Origin: Trichoplax adhaerens
Lineage: Eukaryota > Animalia > Placozoa
Direction of reading: 5' to 3'
Length of the DNA: 64,000 bases
Assembly: GCF_000150275.1 (NCBI RefSeq)
Contig: NW_002060948.1
Coordinates: forward strand, 3,485,183 to 3,549,182
This document shows positions 1-13,366 of the stretch, in pieces; positions within the stretch are counted from its first letter, which is position 1; each line of letters starts with the position of its first letter. The position numbers and the translations under genes are program-made. The notes below the pieces were generated by a model, which worked only from the letters and a program-made list of their open reading frames with translations, ran no database searches and was not told the origin of the DNA.

Positions 1-3000
1 CTTCTTTCATCGTCTCCGGGACCATCCTCTCCTTCTTCTTCTTCATCTTCCTCATCACCATTACCTTCATCGTCTCTACCGTCTGCTTCATTTCTTTCTT
101 CGTCGTTTTGATCATTAGGATTTCCACTCTCTCCACGCGGCTCAAATAGGTGGTACCCGTTTTCTACAGAAATCCCTTTTCCGTCATCCAATCGTATATT
201 TTCATCGCTCTCTGGATCCATCGAATCTTTTTCAGGAACTTCTGGACGTTCCTTACGATAAACATAGCTATCAGCGTAATCATTAACATGCTCAGGTGGC
301 ATATCTTGATCAAAAAGTTTCATTGTTTTCTTATAATTATTTCTCGTCTCCTCTTTGGTTATGATGCCATCCCCATTGGTATCCATTTTTTGTTTAATCT
401 TATTTTAAAAGTAATAATTAGCGATAATTTTAGGTAAAACTGTTCAAGTTTACAAAATATCGCTGTAATAGTTACTTGCTTCCATTCGCTAGTCTTTATT
501 ATTTAGATAAAATGCATATAAGCGATTATGATTCATTTTATCTTGTTACGTAATATTACGAATACCTCATTAGCTATCCTTTCAGAACCACCTAATGTTC
601 CCTAGAGTTGAAAATGATCAAACAATTAATTGTCTTAGAATAGAACAAGAGTTCGCATGAAGTTGCATCTTACCACGTAGGCTTCTGTGAATTTCTTGCC
701 ATCAAATATGCCTGATTTACCTATGGCTTTCTTAAATATCGGTCTTGAAAACAGCAATTAAACAATTTAGAAGATAAATATTAGATTCTATATAGCACAA
801 CTTTATACCGTCATATTTATGTGCTGTAATCACTGTGCGAAAAAACAATATCAGACTAACTGTATATGTTGCTAAGCTATAATTATCCAGTTATATGATA
901 ATAAGAGTAATGTAGCTAAATTGTTCGAGCTTTTATATCAACTTGTAATACTTTGACACAATCATCAGCATTATAAGCTTTAATTCAGCACATTTAAGAA
1001 ACAAAGACACATTACAGTCGATCCCTTAAATTTTTGTAAGATTACAGAATATTACTCGAATTTAATTGTATGGAATGGTGCCTAAGAAGATGCCTGATTA
1101 AATGCATCTACAGGTAGTCTATCATAATTTCATCATGAAACCAATATTTCATACGAATACTACTGTAAAAGTGAAGTAGTTCACTATGAATTAGATATTA
1201 TGTCAGAAAATTTAAAAATTTAATTCTAATTATTCTAGGTGCTAGAATTTTTGAACGTGAAATATCTAATAGAAATGCACACGAATGTTAGATAATTTTC
1301 TTTTCAGTACAAATATTTAATCTAATTTATCGAATTTTATTCGATAGCTTGTACGTAATGTTTATTGAAAGATTTCTATAACTGTAACTTACGAGACTTC
1401 ACTTCGTGTAAATTGACGATATTCATATTGCAAAGTATTTGCTGGATCCATTTCATTGAATATAATCATATTTTTCCATGACTGCATAGGTAAAGCCTTG
1501 ATATCATCAACTGATATGGTTTCCTTATCATCAGTTATTTGCAAGCTATCTTTGTACTAAAGATAAAATATAGAATCAAATTATTGCTTTGGGCTTGCCC
1601 AAGTAGATTCAGTACAGAAAATTCATTCTTAAAATTTCAAGCATGAACATTTATTTTCTTTCTGCTCTTAGTTACAACGTACTATTTTATATCCTTTTTG
1701 ATACTTCTCTCCTTCAAATTCACCAAGATAATCCTTTAAAGTAGAAGATATATTAAATATAGGCAAGATAACATCAAGATTATTTATGACTATCATACGC
1801 TTTCAACTAATATGATGAGATTAATTCAAATATGTAGTAAGCTATAATGCAGAAAATAGTTGCATACCCTGACAACATGCTTCAGTAGTTTTTTTGCGGG
1901 TAGAATCGACTTCTTTGCTTTTTTAAAAATATGTAGGAAGCTATCCCTATTGGCGAATATTTAAATTGCCTTAGTAGGTGAGCAATAGTTATAACGATAT
2001 ATCTACATAAAATTGAACATCTGAAAATAAACCAAGGAACTATCCTTTAAAAATGATAACGATATTATCATATATTAAAATTACAGTAACGTATTTGAAT
2101 AAGTATTTCAAGTTTATATCTAAACCAAAGTTGATATGAACTAGTTCTTAGAGATTAATAAAAATATAACCTATAATGCTTAGGTTCATGTAGACCCATC
2201 GTTAACGAACCAATACCATCAAAATCCCAAGCAACTTCTACATCTGTCAAATTTTTATACGTTGCATTTTCACAACTTTTGCTATCAAATTTTTTTGTAT
2301 GTGTTGTTCGGCGAGAGAATAGATATGAGATGGCCATATTTTTGTCGCCAAAGGATCGCACATGATGTAAAGTACCTAATATTATCATAAGGCAATGTCG
2401 AATTAGATTGCTTGTATTACAATTATGATCGAACACTTTTCAATATATAGCATTAAAATCCAAACCCATAAATTTTACTTTCTCTGAGGTCAACATATAC
2501 TCATGTTTATAATTATACATATAGTAGTCTTAATCATTCTGGAACATGGCTCGTACTTAATTACGATCTAATATCAATTTAATATACATAGCTGTTTATA
2601 GTCTATTTATGCAATTGGTGGAAACTTGAGTATACATATTACATATTGGATCATCGCCTCATTTCAATCTGTAAAGCAATTTCAAAAGCATAAGCTCACC
2701 GTAAGGAACATAGAGACAATCGCCGGCAGAGACATTAGCATACCAATACGGACAATCTTTAAATTTGGAGAACTGGATTAAATCAACTTTATCTACTTTT
2801 AAAACAGAATAACCGCCACCATCCATTGCTGGTTCTCTTGCTAAAGGTACCATATGTTCATATTTGGGGCTAATGAGTAACCAGTTTTTGGTTCCATTTA
2901 ATACACAATTAAGAATATTTGCTATTTATTGAAGAGAAATAACTTGATATCAAAATGTAGCATTACTTGAGGATATCTTGACTTCAAAATGATTATTAAT

Positions 3001-3712
3001 GGTGATTAGAAAATGTTATTCTACTATTCAATAATCTGCAAGATTAGAGATGGAACTAAATTTCTACTCTAATATTGGCTTGTAGAATTGAATAGGTAAA
3101 GATACATTAAAAACATAATGATGTGGACGCCATCTTTTGAAAAGTAATATCGCAATAGTACTTACGAGCATCCTTGTGTAACAAACTTTTAGTTCCTCCA
3201 TTACTCATCCAGTAATTGATTTCAACTAAGGAATCCTCAAAAATACCACAGGATAAGCAAGGTGGAACAAGAATATCGCGATACATTGGTTTAGGCAATT
3301 GGGAAACGACATATTTATTTTCTTCGACATAAGTCGTTAGAAAATTCTTGATAGTGTCACGACCTAAACCTAAATCACCAGCGGGAATACCCTGAGCTTC
3401 TTTTTTTTTCTCTAATTTTACGCTATACTTCCCGTATACATCTTTTAAGTATTCATCCGTCCATAAAGTTTTAGCTGGAAAATTTTGAGCTGCCCCTTTA
3501 AGTAGAACTGGTCGTCTTTTACTAACATATTTAGACCAAAATTCTTCAGCTGGATATGGCTCATTCATGATATCTACATGGCCGTCAGAATCACGATGTA
3601 AACCTATCTCTTGTAAATGACCCCTTGGAACTTTGCTCGATTCTTTTCCATCGATTTTGGCTAAAGAAGCGAATAATAGGCACAAGAAAGTAATTCCTTG
3701 CATCCACTTCAT
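1..3712 (-). CDS. Secretory-pathway JmjC/cupin-like 2OG-Fe(II) oxygenase with EF-hand and acidic tail, paralog 1 (3' end outside window)
   Basis: Exons with GT-AG and consistent phase: 3712-3166, 2921-2700, 2375-2171, 1946-1868, 1733-1683, 1556-1393, 743-674, 601-566, 398-<1. Signal peptide MKWMQGITFLCLLFASLA. JmjC motifs WMSNGGTKSLLHKD, NCVLNGTKNW, AGDCLYVPYGTLHHVRS (H-x-D...H intact). EF-hand loop DTNGDGIITKEE, then a D/E-rich tail. Confidence 0.9.
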
Positions 3713-5567
3713 CTTAATCACTTTTACTCGTAAGGGTTGGTCCCTCTTGTTTTTTTTCAACGAAAATGAAGGAATTAACACCTGTTCCTGTTACATACTA
3801 ATATATATTATAAAATTCCGTAGCAAACTTAACCTACTAGTAGTATTCAATCCAATTGGCATTCAATCAGGTTGTCAATAACATTGAAAAGAATAACTTT
3901 ATTAGCCATTGTGTCGAATAATAACAGCCATCTTTATTGTTTGAATAATTGAATTAATACCATTGCTTTTCCATTTTATCCTCTGATGGGACCAACTTTT
4001 ATACTTTCACCCTATCTTACTTGTCCTTAGCGATTTTATAATACAATGTTGATAGCTCTATTACTGTTTTCTCTTATTGATTGGATCGGAAACCTGTTTT
4101 CCCACTGGCACTGCGCTGGATTGATTGGCTTGTCTAGTCACGTCGTTAAATCAAGCTATAGTTGGTAGGGATTCCGACCTTCATAGACCACCATTCCTTA
4201 TCGGCTGCATCGAGAGTTAATTAGCTTGTCTAAATAATGACATTAAAAGAAGTTATAATTGATATAGGCTTGATTTTTAGTGTAGCACATAGTCAACATC
4301 GTTGATCACGTTGCACAAGCGCTAAATCTTTACCGGAAGCTAAATTGAATTATGTTATTCCACGGTCTATTCTTACTTTAAATGATTATAGAAATTTAAC
4401 AGGTCCTCTCATAATTCGTATACTTAATATCTTTCGTTGATGCTATTGAATTGCATTATAAAATTAATATAAAATCTTTTATCCCACTATAGATTCCTAG
4501 CAAAGAATGATTCTGTTTCATTTATAATCTTGTCTGATTCCACGTATTCAATTTAAGATTATCTATGATACTTTATCTAAGATCAGCTAATATTGACGAT
4601 CCAACGCTTTTTAGCCTGTTATAACGTTTAAAATATTAGCGTTTTATATCAATTTCTCCGGTATGCGATACAAGATTCTCGATGATGTTTTGTCAAAGAT
4701 CGGTGAAAGTAAATAATTCATCACTCTGACTTCTTGTAGAATAGATAATAGGGCAAATTCCTTTTTTAAAGAAATATCTGCTATAAATATAGCCTTCGAG
4801 AAGTAAAATTGCGATTCTACCATTCATTCTTAATACTTCTTAGTCTTAGTAAGTATGAAAATAAAATGAAACCAAAACACTATCAACTGCAACAAGCGCG
4901 ATCGGCAAGGAATCGGTAGAACGTTTAATGCATACAATCTTAACCCCTCCTAGTCTGCTCGTGAAAATAATCTGAAAGGATCAATTCTTCTCGAATAATG
5001 CACTTGTTTGAAGAAGCAAGCACCGTAATCATTAATTCATAGATGCTCAGTGTTTTCTAGTCTGTGCCATGCAAATAAAAGAGCACATAGAATTTTCTGC
5101 GTAGCAATATCGCAACCTTCGATAAAGCATCGATAACATTATCCATCCATTCACAAAATCTTTACATAGAAATCACAAATGTTCATTTTTCATATCATAT
5201 TACAGCCATATCGATCATAGTAGATTATATCCAGCTGATTGAGGAAGAATTCCAATATACTTTCTTTACACTAATTCATTTTGACACGGAAACATACTAT
5301 AGTCGATCTACACTGCCGCATTCTCCGAAAATAAACAACGATATACGAGTAGGAAAGTAACTTTAATGATAAAATCACGTTGCTTTCAAGGTGATATTAA
5401 TGAAACTACTTACTGAAAGTTAATATAAGCTGTGGAGGAAGTTGCATCCGGTGGTTTAGAATAATAATTATCTAATGGAAGATAGTTTTGATTTATAGTA
5501 AAAGCAACTACCATGTAATCTCTTTTCAAACTAGGACTTACTTATCTACAAGCAAATGAAAAATGCT

Positions 5568-5890
5568 AACTATCATTTTAGAGATGTTCTAGATAACAAA
5601 TAGTAGCAAGGCATCAACTTTATCACCTCTACGTATGTTTACTGTATGAGTTTGTTTGGTTAGCCATCATCGATCGGCATTATAATTATCAAATGGATGA
5701 TAGTTTTAATTTTATGGCAAAGCGAGCTGCTATGTCATTGCTTTTCAAATTAGAGCTTGTCCAAAAGCGAATGAAAATTTCAATTACCATTTTAAAGACG
5801 TTCTAGTTAAGGAATAACAGCAAACCATCAATCTTGTCACCTCTATAATTACTATTAATTTGTATGGTAGGCCATCATCGATCGGAATAA
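5568..5890. repeat. Degenerate direct duplication (~110 bp unit, copies ~214 bp apart)
   Basis: Copy 1 ~5568-5683: aactatcattttagagatgttctag...tcacctcta...ggttagccatcatcgatcggcat. Copy 2 ~5782-5890: aattaccattttaaagacgttctag...tcacctcta...ggtaggccatcatcgatcggaat. Confidence 0.8.
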
Positions 5891-6445
5891 TCCTTTAGTC
5901 GTTCATTACTCTTTTGCTTTTTAAGATTTTAACCCTTGTACGTACATTAGAAATTAAATTTAAACTAACTACGTGTCTGCGGATGGAGGTTGAAGTTAAA
6001 GATTATAAAGCAATACTAAAATTGAATAAGAAATAAAGCTGTTATGCTATTGATGTTCCTAATAGCAACGAGGATCATTAAAATAGCAATACTTCTATAA
6101 AGTACATAGGTAGTACTAAATCGAGAACAAACGCTAACGATAAGTTTGCCAAAAATATTTATTAAGTGTAATCATTCTCCCTAATACGCCAAAGAAATAA
6201 TATTGGAACTGTCAAATAAACACTATCGGGCATGTTGTAGTAGAAATCATTCATGAACGGCAACTATTCTCTCTAAATACACCAACAGTTAATCTAGGCA
6301 CTAGTAAATATCTAGTAACGATCATTCTGTCAAAGCCACTCGAGGCAAATTATAATAATATAAGATACAAATAGGAACAGTCTTTTGGAAACTCCTAATA
6401 ACGAAATATAATAATAAATGCGAACAGTTGGCTAAGATAAAAATA

Positions 6446-9400
6446 TTACAATTCATCGCGAGAAGATTTCTTTTCATTCATTTCATCATTAATGCTTCCA
6501 CTATCAGTTTGTTCAGGTATTCCTTGGTTTCCGATTTCAGCAGACTCTTTCTTTAATTCCGTCTCCTCTGATCTTAGAGGATCTTCACCATCCGATATAT
6601 CACTTTCATTGCTATCTATTTCGTCAACTTTACCATCCGGATTAGCAAACAAACCTAGAACTTCATCCAACTTACTTAGTCTTTCCTCTTTACTAACTTT
6701 TCCGTTTCCGTTAGTATCAAATTTTCTCATAATCTATAGAAAGAAATTAATCATCATGTTCCATTCTTGCCCTCATTTTCTGTTAATGTACTGTAAATTC
6801 TTATATATTAAAGATCTAAAGTACTTATATATTAAAGCTATTACTACTATAGTACGTAGTTATCTAAATTTAAACCTTTTAAATCAGTCATTACCTCGTT
6901 TGCTGATTGCTCAGACCCTGATAGTAATTTCTAAAATATGGAATAAACCAGAGTATATTAAATTACCATGGCAATAATGAGAATTTGTCCCAATTTCGTG
7001 CTTGCATTGCGGAATTATATTGTCTATAATAGTAAATTAATAAATTATTGGATGGTTGTACCTCATAGAAAACGGCAAATTTTCTAGTATTAATTCCTCC
7101 AGCTTTATCAATGGTTTTCTCGATTATCGATCTGGAAATAGTTATAAAGATTGTGTAAGTATATAACGACAGTAGCAAACTTCTACGGCTAGAAAACCAT
7201 AATCCAAGACGTATTGTATGCAATTAGAGAATGATTTTAGGCCAAATGTAGCTCCATAAAATATATTGTATTATCTTTTAGTCACAAGATTATTCATAAT
7301 TTAGCATTAAATGGTTGATCGCGAAAATATATACCCCTAAACTTGATAAGACTTGACTTACCGTATATCTTTCTTTGTATAGATGCGATATTCATATTTT
7401 AAAGGATTTTCCGGATCTAAATCAAAGTAGTATATTAAATTTATCCAAGATTGCAGAGGGAGGTCAGCGATCTCATCAGTAGTGACAACGTTTTTATTCT
7501 CTATCTGGAGATTTTTTCGTATCTATGTAGAAGCAAGTTTTAATTAGTAGCCACATCTATCAATAAAACGTTGCTTACAAATCAGATTAGAGACTAAAAT
7601 CTTTAGTATCGGCTGGCTTTACTTACTAATTTTATCACTTTGTTTATGTGATCAGAGCCTCGATCAGGAATGGTACGCTTAAATAAGTACAGTATAAAAT
7701 TTAGTTCGATAAGGCTATAAGAATCAAACACCGTCACCATGATCAATACCTATGGAAAAACGCTAGAAGTACAATTTTGTATCTTGATTTCTGAAATAAC
7801 AGGTTTCTTTTAAAAAAAATGATATACTACCTTGAGTCTCCTTAAAAGCACTTCAGTCCTTATTTTTTTCTTGCCTTTAAATGCTTGAAATGCAGCTTCT
7901 CTATTTCAAGTGAAGAAAATAATTAATAAATTGAACAAAATTGGCCAAACTACTACTGCTATCAATTCCAATCTTAACATTTCACTTTTTCGTAGAAATT
8001 AAAATCTCAAACGTAAGGTTTCAAGAATTTAAAATCTGTCAAAAGAATCGTGATTAATGTGTAATATTAGATTTTCATGATGATGAAATTCACAGCGATG
8101 GCTTACTCAAAGTATAAAGTTATAGATACACAAATTTAAAATTTAGTATGTAACAATTTGGTATGTAACTTAAAATATTGAATCTCTAGAATCATTAACT
8201 AAAAATTGTAATAAAGTCCAGCAGTAACATTGCTTAACAAAATTTCTTCCAAGCTTGAAGGCACAGAATTAAACTTGTAAAAACCTGTATAAATTAGGAT
8301 CTTGCAAATCAACAACTGGGGTTGTATGGCTATTAATTTGCCAATCAAACATGGGGTCCCGAATATTTTTATATTTCGACGTTTGACAATCCTGGTTGTT
8401 AAACTTTTTCAAATGCGATACGCTTTGAGAAAATAAAAGCGAAACACGCATATTTTTAACACCATCTGTTCTTACTTGATACAAAGAATCTGAAAGGTAA
8501 AATTAATAAGAATTACCAAAAAACAACTATCATAACCTAAGTAGCTAATATTCAGGCCTTAAATTCTCTTATTAAGTTTCTTCAATATGTTTAAGTAATT
8601 ACAATTGACGGATTTTGGACCTAAATAATAGGCAACTAAAGCGAATATATGCTTTGCTGCACTTTCTCCTACTTAGTGTAAACCATATAATTCATTTCTT
8701 CTGCCTTAAGGTGACTATAGTAATCGGAAAACTTACCATGAGGAAGATAGATGCAGTCTCCTTTAGCTAAGGTAGCATCATAGTAAGGGCAATTTGAAAA
8801 TGCTGAATATTTCTGTAAGTCCACTTCATCAACTTGTAAGGCAGAACGTGTACTTCCATCTTTGGCTATCTCTTCTACCATGGGTACAAGATGTGCGTTT
8901 TGATTATCGATTAATATCCAATCACTCGTTCCATTCAATAAGCAATTGATCGTATTAGCTATTGGCATTAAAAAGAATTTGTGTCAAGGCAGAAACGGAG
9001 TCATTATTATTATAAATGGATTGCTATAAATAATACATGTATAGTATGTAGTGGTAGTTAAGATTATTAGTACCAAGCATTTTATCTCAATTATTCTATT
9101 TGCAGTTAATACGTATAACTTATTTATCTAACAGAACGCTATTAAGTAGTAATACAGTCATTTTACAACATAGCTACCAATATTATAGAAGCAGTAGCTC
9201 TTATTACTGATATATACGGTAGGATAATGATCAAAGCTGTAACTTTAGTAGTCTCTTTGGTAAAGCCCTTCATATCTGCAGTTTTTTTATTTTTGCATAA
9301 AACCCGTTAAAGACTTCGCAGTGTTAAGGAATAATTCGTATAAGACTTCTAATCCTAATAGATAGTATCTTGGGTGTGAAGCACGTAAGATGGATGCCTA

Positions 9401-11248
9401 ATAAAGAGCTAAAGATTATGATGATTTCAGTTAATTACAGGAGTGATGTGTTAGGGGATAAGAACCCATACACTGCAAAGATCTATCCGATAGCAGTACT
9501 CCTACTTCTGCTCATTAATTATGCAACAGGTAGGCGTTCATAACTATGAACATTTATCTTCCTTGTCTCCGGTCTACGTGTATTCTAACGCCCTTTATCC
9601 CGAATTTATGGCCAAACTGTTACAAATTTCACTTAAATCGGGAATTACAACATACGAAGCCAAGTGCATATAAGCATTGACTAAGAACTTTGCGTGACAT
9701 ATTTACCTTAATTTTTGAGTTCATGAAGGATGCTGGTTCTTATATTTATAGTGCAGATATTACCAAACCCAAGCTCAATCAGAAGGAATCGTAGGATACA
9801 TTAAAATGCTACAGATGACCGTCAATGTGGGTCAGTATGCTCGCATTATTATTGCAATTTGAAATGTCTTAGACTAATTTACTATTGCTCGTATAACTCA
9901 TCAATATAGTACGAGACAAAGGGGAGATGAAACACTTTATTTCAACAACTATAATATTGACCAACCTATTCTATTTGCCGATTTGTGATTGATAGGAACA
10001 GTAAAATGGACTTATCTTATCAAGACCATCTTATTACAACTTGTTAAAGTACCGTAATCATCTGCAATCTTATGGCTTCAATACTGTTCATATATCTAAT
10101 GGTGGAATTGATTTAAGAAGTTACTATTGATCAACTGCTATTCCCGTGCTCTAAGATTCTATCGAGAGTTAAAGCGTTGCACATCCCTAGCGTACGCCAA
10201 GAATACTTCGAGTACGGAATAGATTTATGTCATACGAAATTTACTGTATACCCTCAATAGGATTATCAGGCAAATCTTGTAAAATCTTGACGAATAACAT
10301 ATGGAATCTTTCGATCATAACAGAAATCTATTCCAATATTTCATCATGCCAATGATCAACATTAATATAATAAAAACGTTATAAGGCATCTGGGTTATAT
10401 GTTGGAACATCAATTTTGATTCGTCTAAATGCTGTTTGATGAAGTAAAGAAAGAGCTTACACTACATAACGTCATTTCGGTCTGCAATATTAGAGCGAGT
10501 GCGGTGCTTATTAGAGCTATTAATCGACTACAATATCTTACCATGCTAACATCATTAAATAATAGTATACGAGATAATATTTACAAAATCATAATAAATT
10601 TTCAAGTGCCCATTTCAGCAGTTACATACGCATTGATATGAGGAAATTGATGTATCTAACAAAGTCAGCTTTCACTAGTGAAGCTGATGAATATGCTCTT
10701 AACTTACAAGCATCTTTCCGTAGCGAACTTTTACTGTTACCGGTGTTAAGCCAAACATGTACATCAATCATAGCGGTTGTAAATGAGCCACATGAAAGGA
10801 AAGGTGGAATTAGCACATCGCGTTGCATGGGTTGAGGCAATTGAGAATCGATGCATTTGCTTTCATTGACATAAGTTGATATAAAATCATTCAAGGATTG
10901 GCGTTCTAGATGCCCTTGGTCATTAGAGATTTCTTCCTTTTCATTGATTTTAGCAGAATAAATCCAATAATTTCCATAAAAATTTCTTAAATAATCATCA
11001 GTCCATGAGTCTATCGCTGGAAAATCTAATGCCGCTTGCTTTAGTAAGACTGGTCGCCTTTGACCAACATACTTGCTCCAGAATTCTTCGGCAGAAATCG
11101 GTTCATTGAGTACATCAATATGCCCTTCAGCAGCACGATGTTGTCCTAATGGTTTAAGATGGCCCTTAGGTAACTTATAATTGTCATCCGCATTGCCCTG
11201 ATTGACCAAGATAGCAACTAAAAATAACACAGTAATTTTATAAGTCAT
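6446..11248 (-). CDS. ER-luminal JmjC/EF-hand/RDEL protein, paralog 2; catalytic residues lost (predicted pseudo-enzyme)
   Basis: Exons 11248-10708, 8958-8737, 8489-8285, 7900-7831, 7677-7627, 7522-7362, 7131-7062, 6930-6895, 6733-6446, all in phase with no stops. Signal peptide MTYKITVLFLVAILVNQGNA. Motifs read SSLRKD, GTSDW and PHDSLYQVRT where paralogs 1 and 3 have SLLHKD, GTKxW and PYGTLHHVRS. EF loop DTNGNGKVSKEE. Ends in RDEL*. Confidence 0.9.
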
Positions 11249-13366
11249 TTTATGTCCACTTGGTAGCAATTTGAGATGTAATCGAGTGCACCCTAGGGAA
11301 TGAATAACTTTGTGGTGGGACTAATATTATGTCTTGCTAATTATACTAACCTCTATTGACGTCAAGGGAAAACCCGCATAACAATGATGAATTCGTTCTT
11401 TCATAATATTCTATTCTATTAGACTAAGCCAACTAATGTATAAGCTTGACAAAATACGTTTAAATCAATAATTGCCTAAACAAACAATAGCCTGGTAGCC
11501 ATCGCTGTCAATAAAATTGGCGTAGGTTGTGAAATATTTAAAATTAATTTGTCAAATTTACTACTTATGAATACATATAAACTGTAGCCTAGGAAAGAGG
11601 CAAATAGATTTATTCCCTTAGCATTCTGATCGGTGCCTTTATCCTGCACAGAAAAAGTGAATAATGAAGTGATAAGTACAAGTTATATAGCTACGATGAT
11701 AGTGAAGAATAACTTAGAGTAACGATTATGGTCTATCTAGTCAAGTGTAATAACAAAGGCCTTCTCATTTATTCACTACTTCGGTCATTAGGGTTGACTA
11801 CAGACTAATTTAATAAAATACAGACGTAATCATTTTCGCTAAAATATTACTATCTTGCTATAATATTATCGTTGTGTAGCGAGTATTAATGAACAACTTA
11901 TGATTATATTTTGCCTTACAAAATCAGTTTAAAGCTAAACTGTTCATTTGCTCTTCGATAATGTTGGCATTTGCAAATCTCAAGTATAATTGCACCAAAT
12001 AGTAGGAAGTAATTGCATATAAATGTAATTATCAGTTTCAGTACTATTTCCATCGTCTACTATGTTAAAATTATATGATTCTTAAGGTATATATTATGAT
12101 AGTAAAGTTATCTTTATTAGTAGCAGGCGCAAACGAAGGAAATCAACGAACGTAAAGGACCTAATATGCTGCAGTATCGATTCTAATAATTTCTTCAGAC
12201 TGATTTATTATCATCAGGTTTCACGTCCTAGAAATCCGTAATAGTTCATGGAGAAAGTATGAAATAGGCGCCTAAGCTATTGCCCTACATCAAATTTCGG
12301 AGTTGGATTTATTAAATTTTCACCTTAGTAACAACTATCGTCCTCACTAATTAAAATAAATGGTTACAAGCTTAACTATTGATAGACGCTTATAGACATA
12401 TTTTACTTAGGGTTATTGTAAAGGGCTTATTAAACATTCTTCGTCATTGCCAGATACATTATAGGAAGTTTTGAATGGTGGATTATCAATTTAATTGATA
12501 CAGCAGTGCTCAATTTATCTGATTCAAGCATTCCCAAACGCTTACTAAGAAATTACTTCGACATTTCAACAATTTCCATTATATACACAGTTACATAACA
12601 GCTAAACGGCTATATCTCGCTTAATTAAGCCAGCTATCTATATTATAAAGGACCTGCATGTCTATCATTGATATCAGCTGTTCAAAATTATATCTACAAT
12701 ATAAGCATTACTTTTGAGCTGTGGTGGAAATATAAAGTTAATTTCTTTATTGAAGAGCATGAAAATACAAGTACCACGATAATTTGTTACATCAACTGCA
12801 TTAGTGAAGTACAATACTAGTAGGGAAAGTATGGATTGTAAACCTTATTTATGAAGGTTGTTGTGAAGCATGGGAGATAGATATGATATACCATAAAAGT
12901 CAAGTTGTAATATAGTTTTGCCAACTGGGAGGGAATCATGGAATAATTTTAAACTTGGGGTATTTTACGACAATTAAATAATGCGCTATAGATTCAACGG
13001 TATTATCGTTAACCAGATAATTTCTATGATTAGCATGCATAACTTAAATAAATTCATTCTATAATGAAGCTAATACAATTCTCTAACGCTCAGAATCCCT
13101 GTAGAAGCAATTATGTTTATCATTTCTATTCCATGTTAATAAATAGATAGTTATAATCCAAGTAATTAGGGTAAAGCATCATTCAGCAATGCTATCATAA
13201 CAAAAAAGTTTACTGAGCACAAGATACCGTAGTAACATCTACAAACTTACACAAATCGGCAATATGTCACTAAACCTGGACTACGTGTAGAAAAAATTTT
13301 AAAGTATTGCTACCTTGATAATGTATAATTGCCATAATTGGCTAGAAATTGTTACTACAGCACCCA

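Noticed and set aside
6492-6977. Antisense ORFs overlapping the JmjC, CCDC50-like and GPCR exons (e.g. 150-437, 6492-6977, 13338-13538, 32455-32835, 58108-58443)
   Set aside because: They are shadow ORFs on the strand opposite real coding exons and have no independent motifs.
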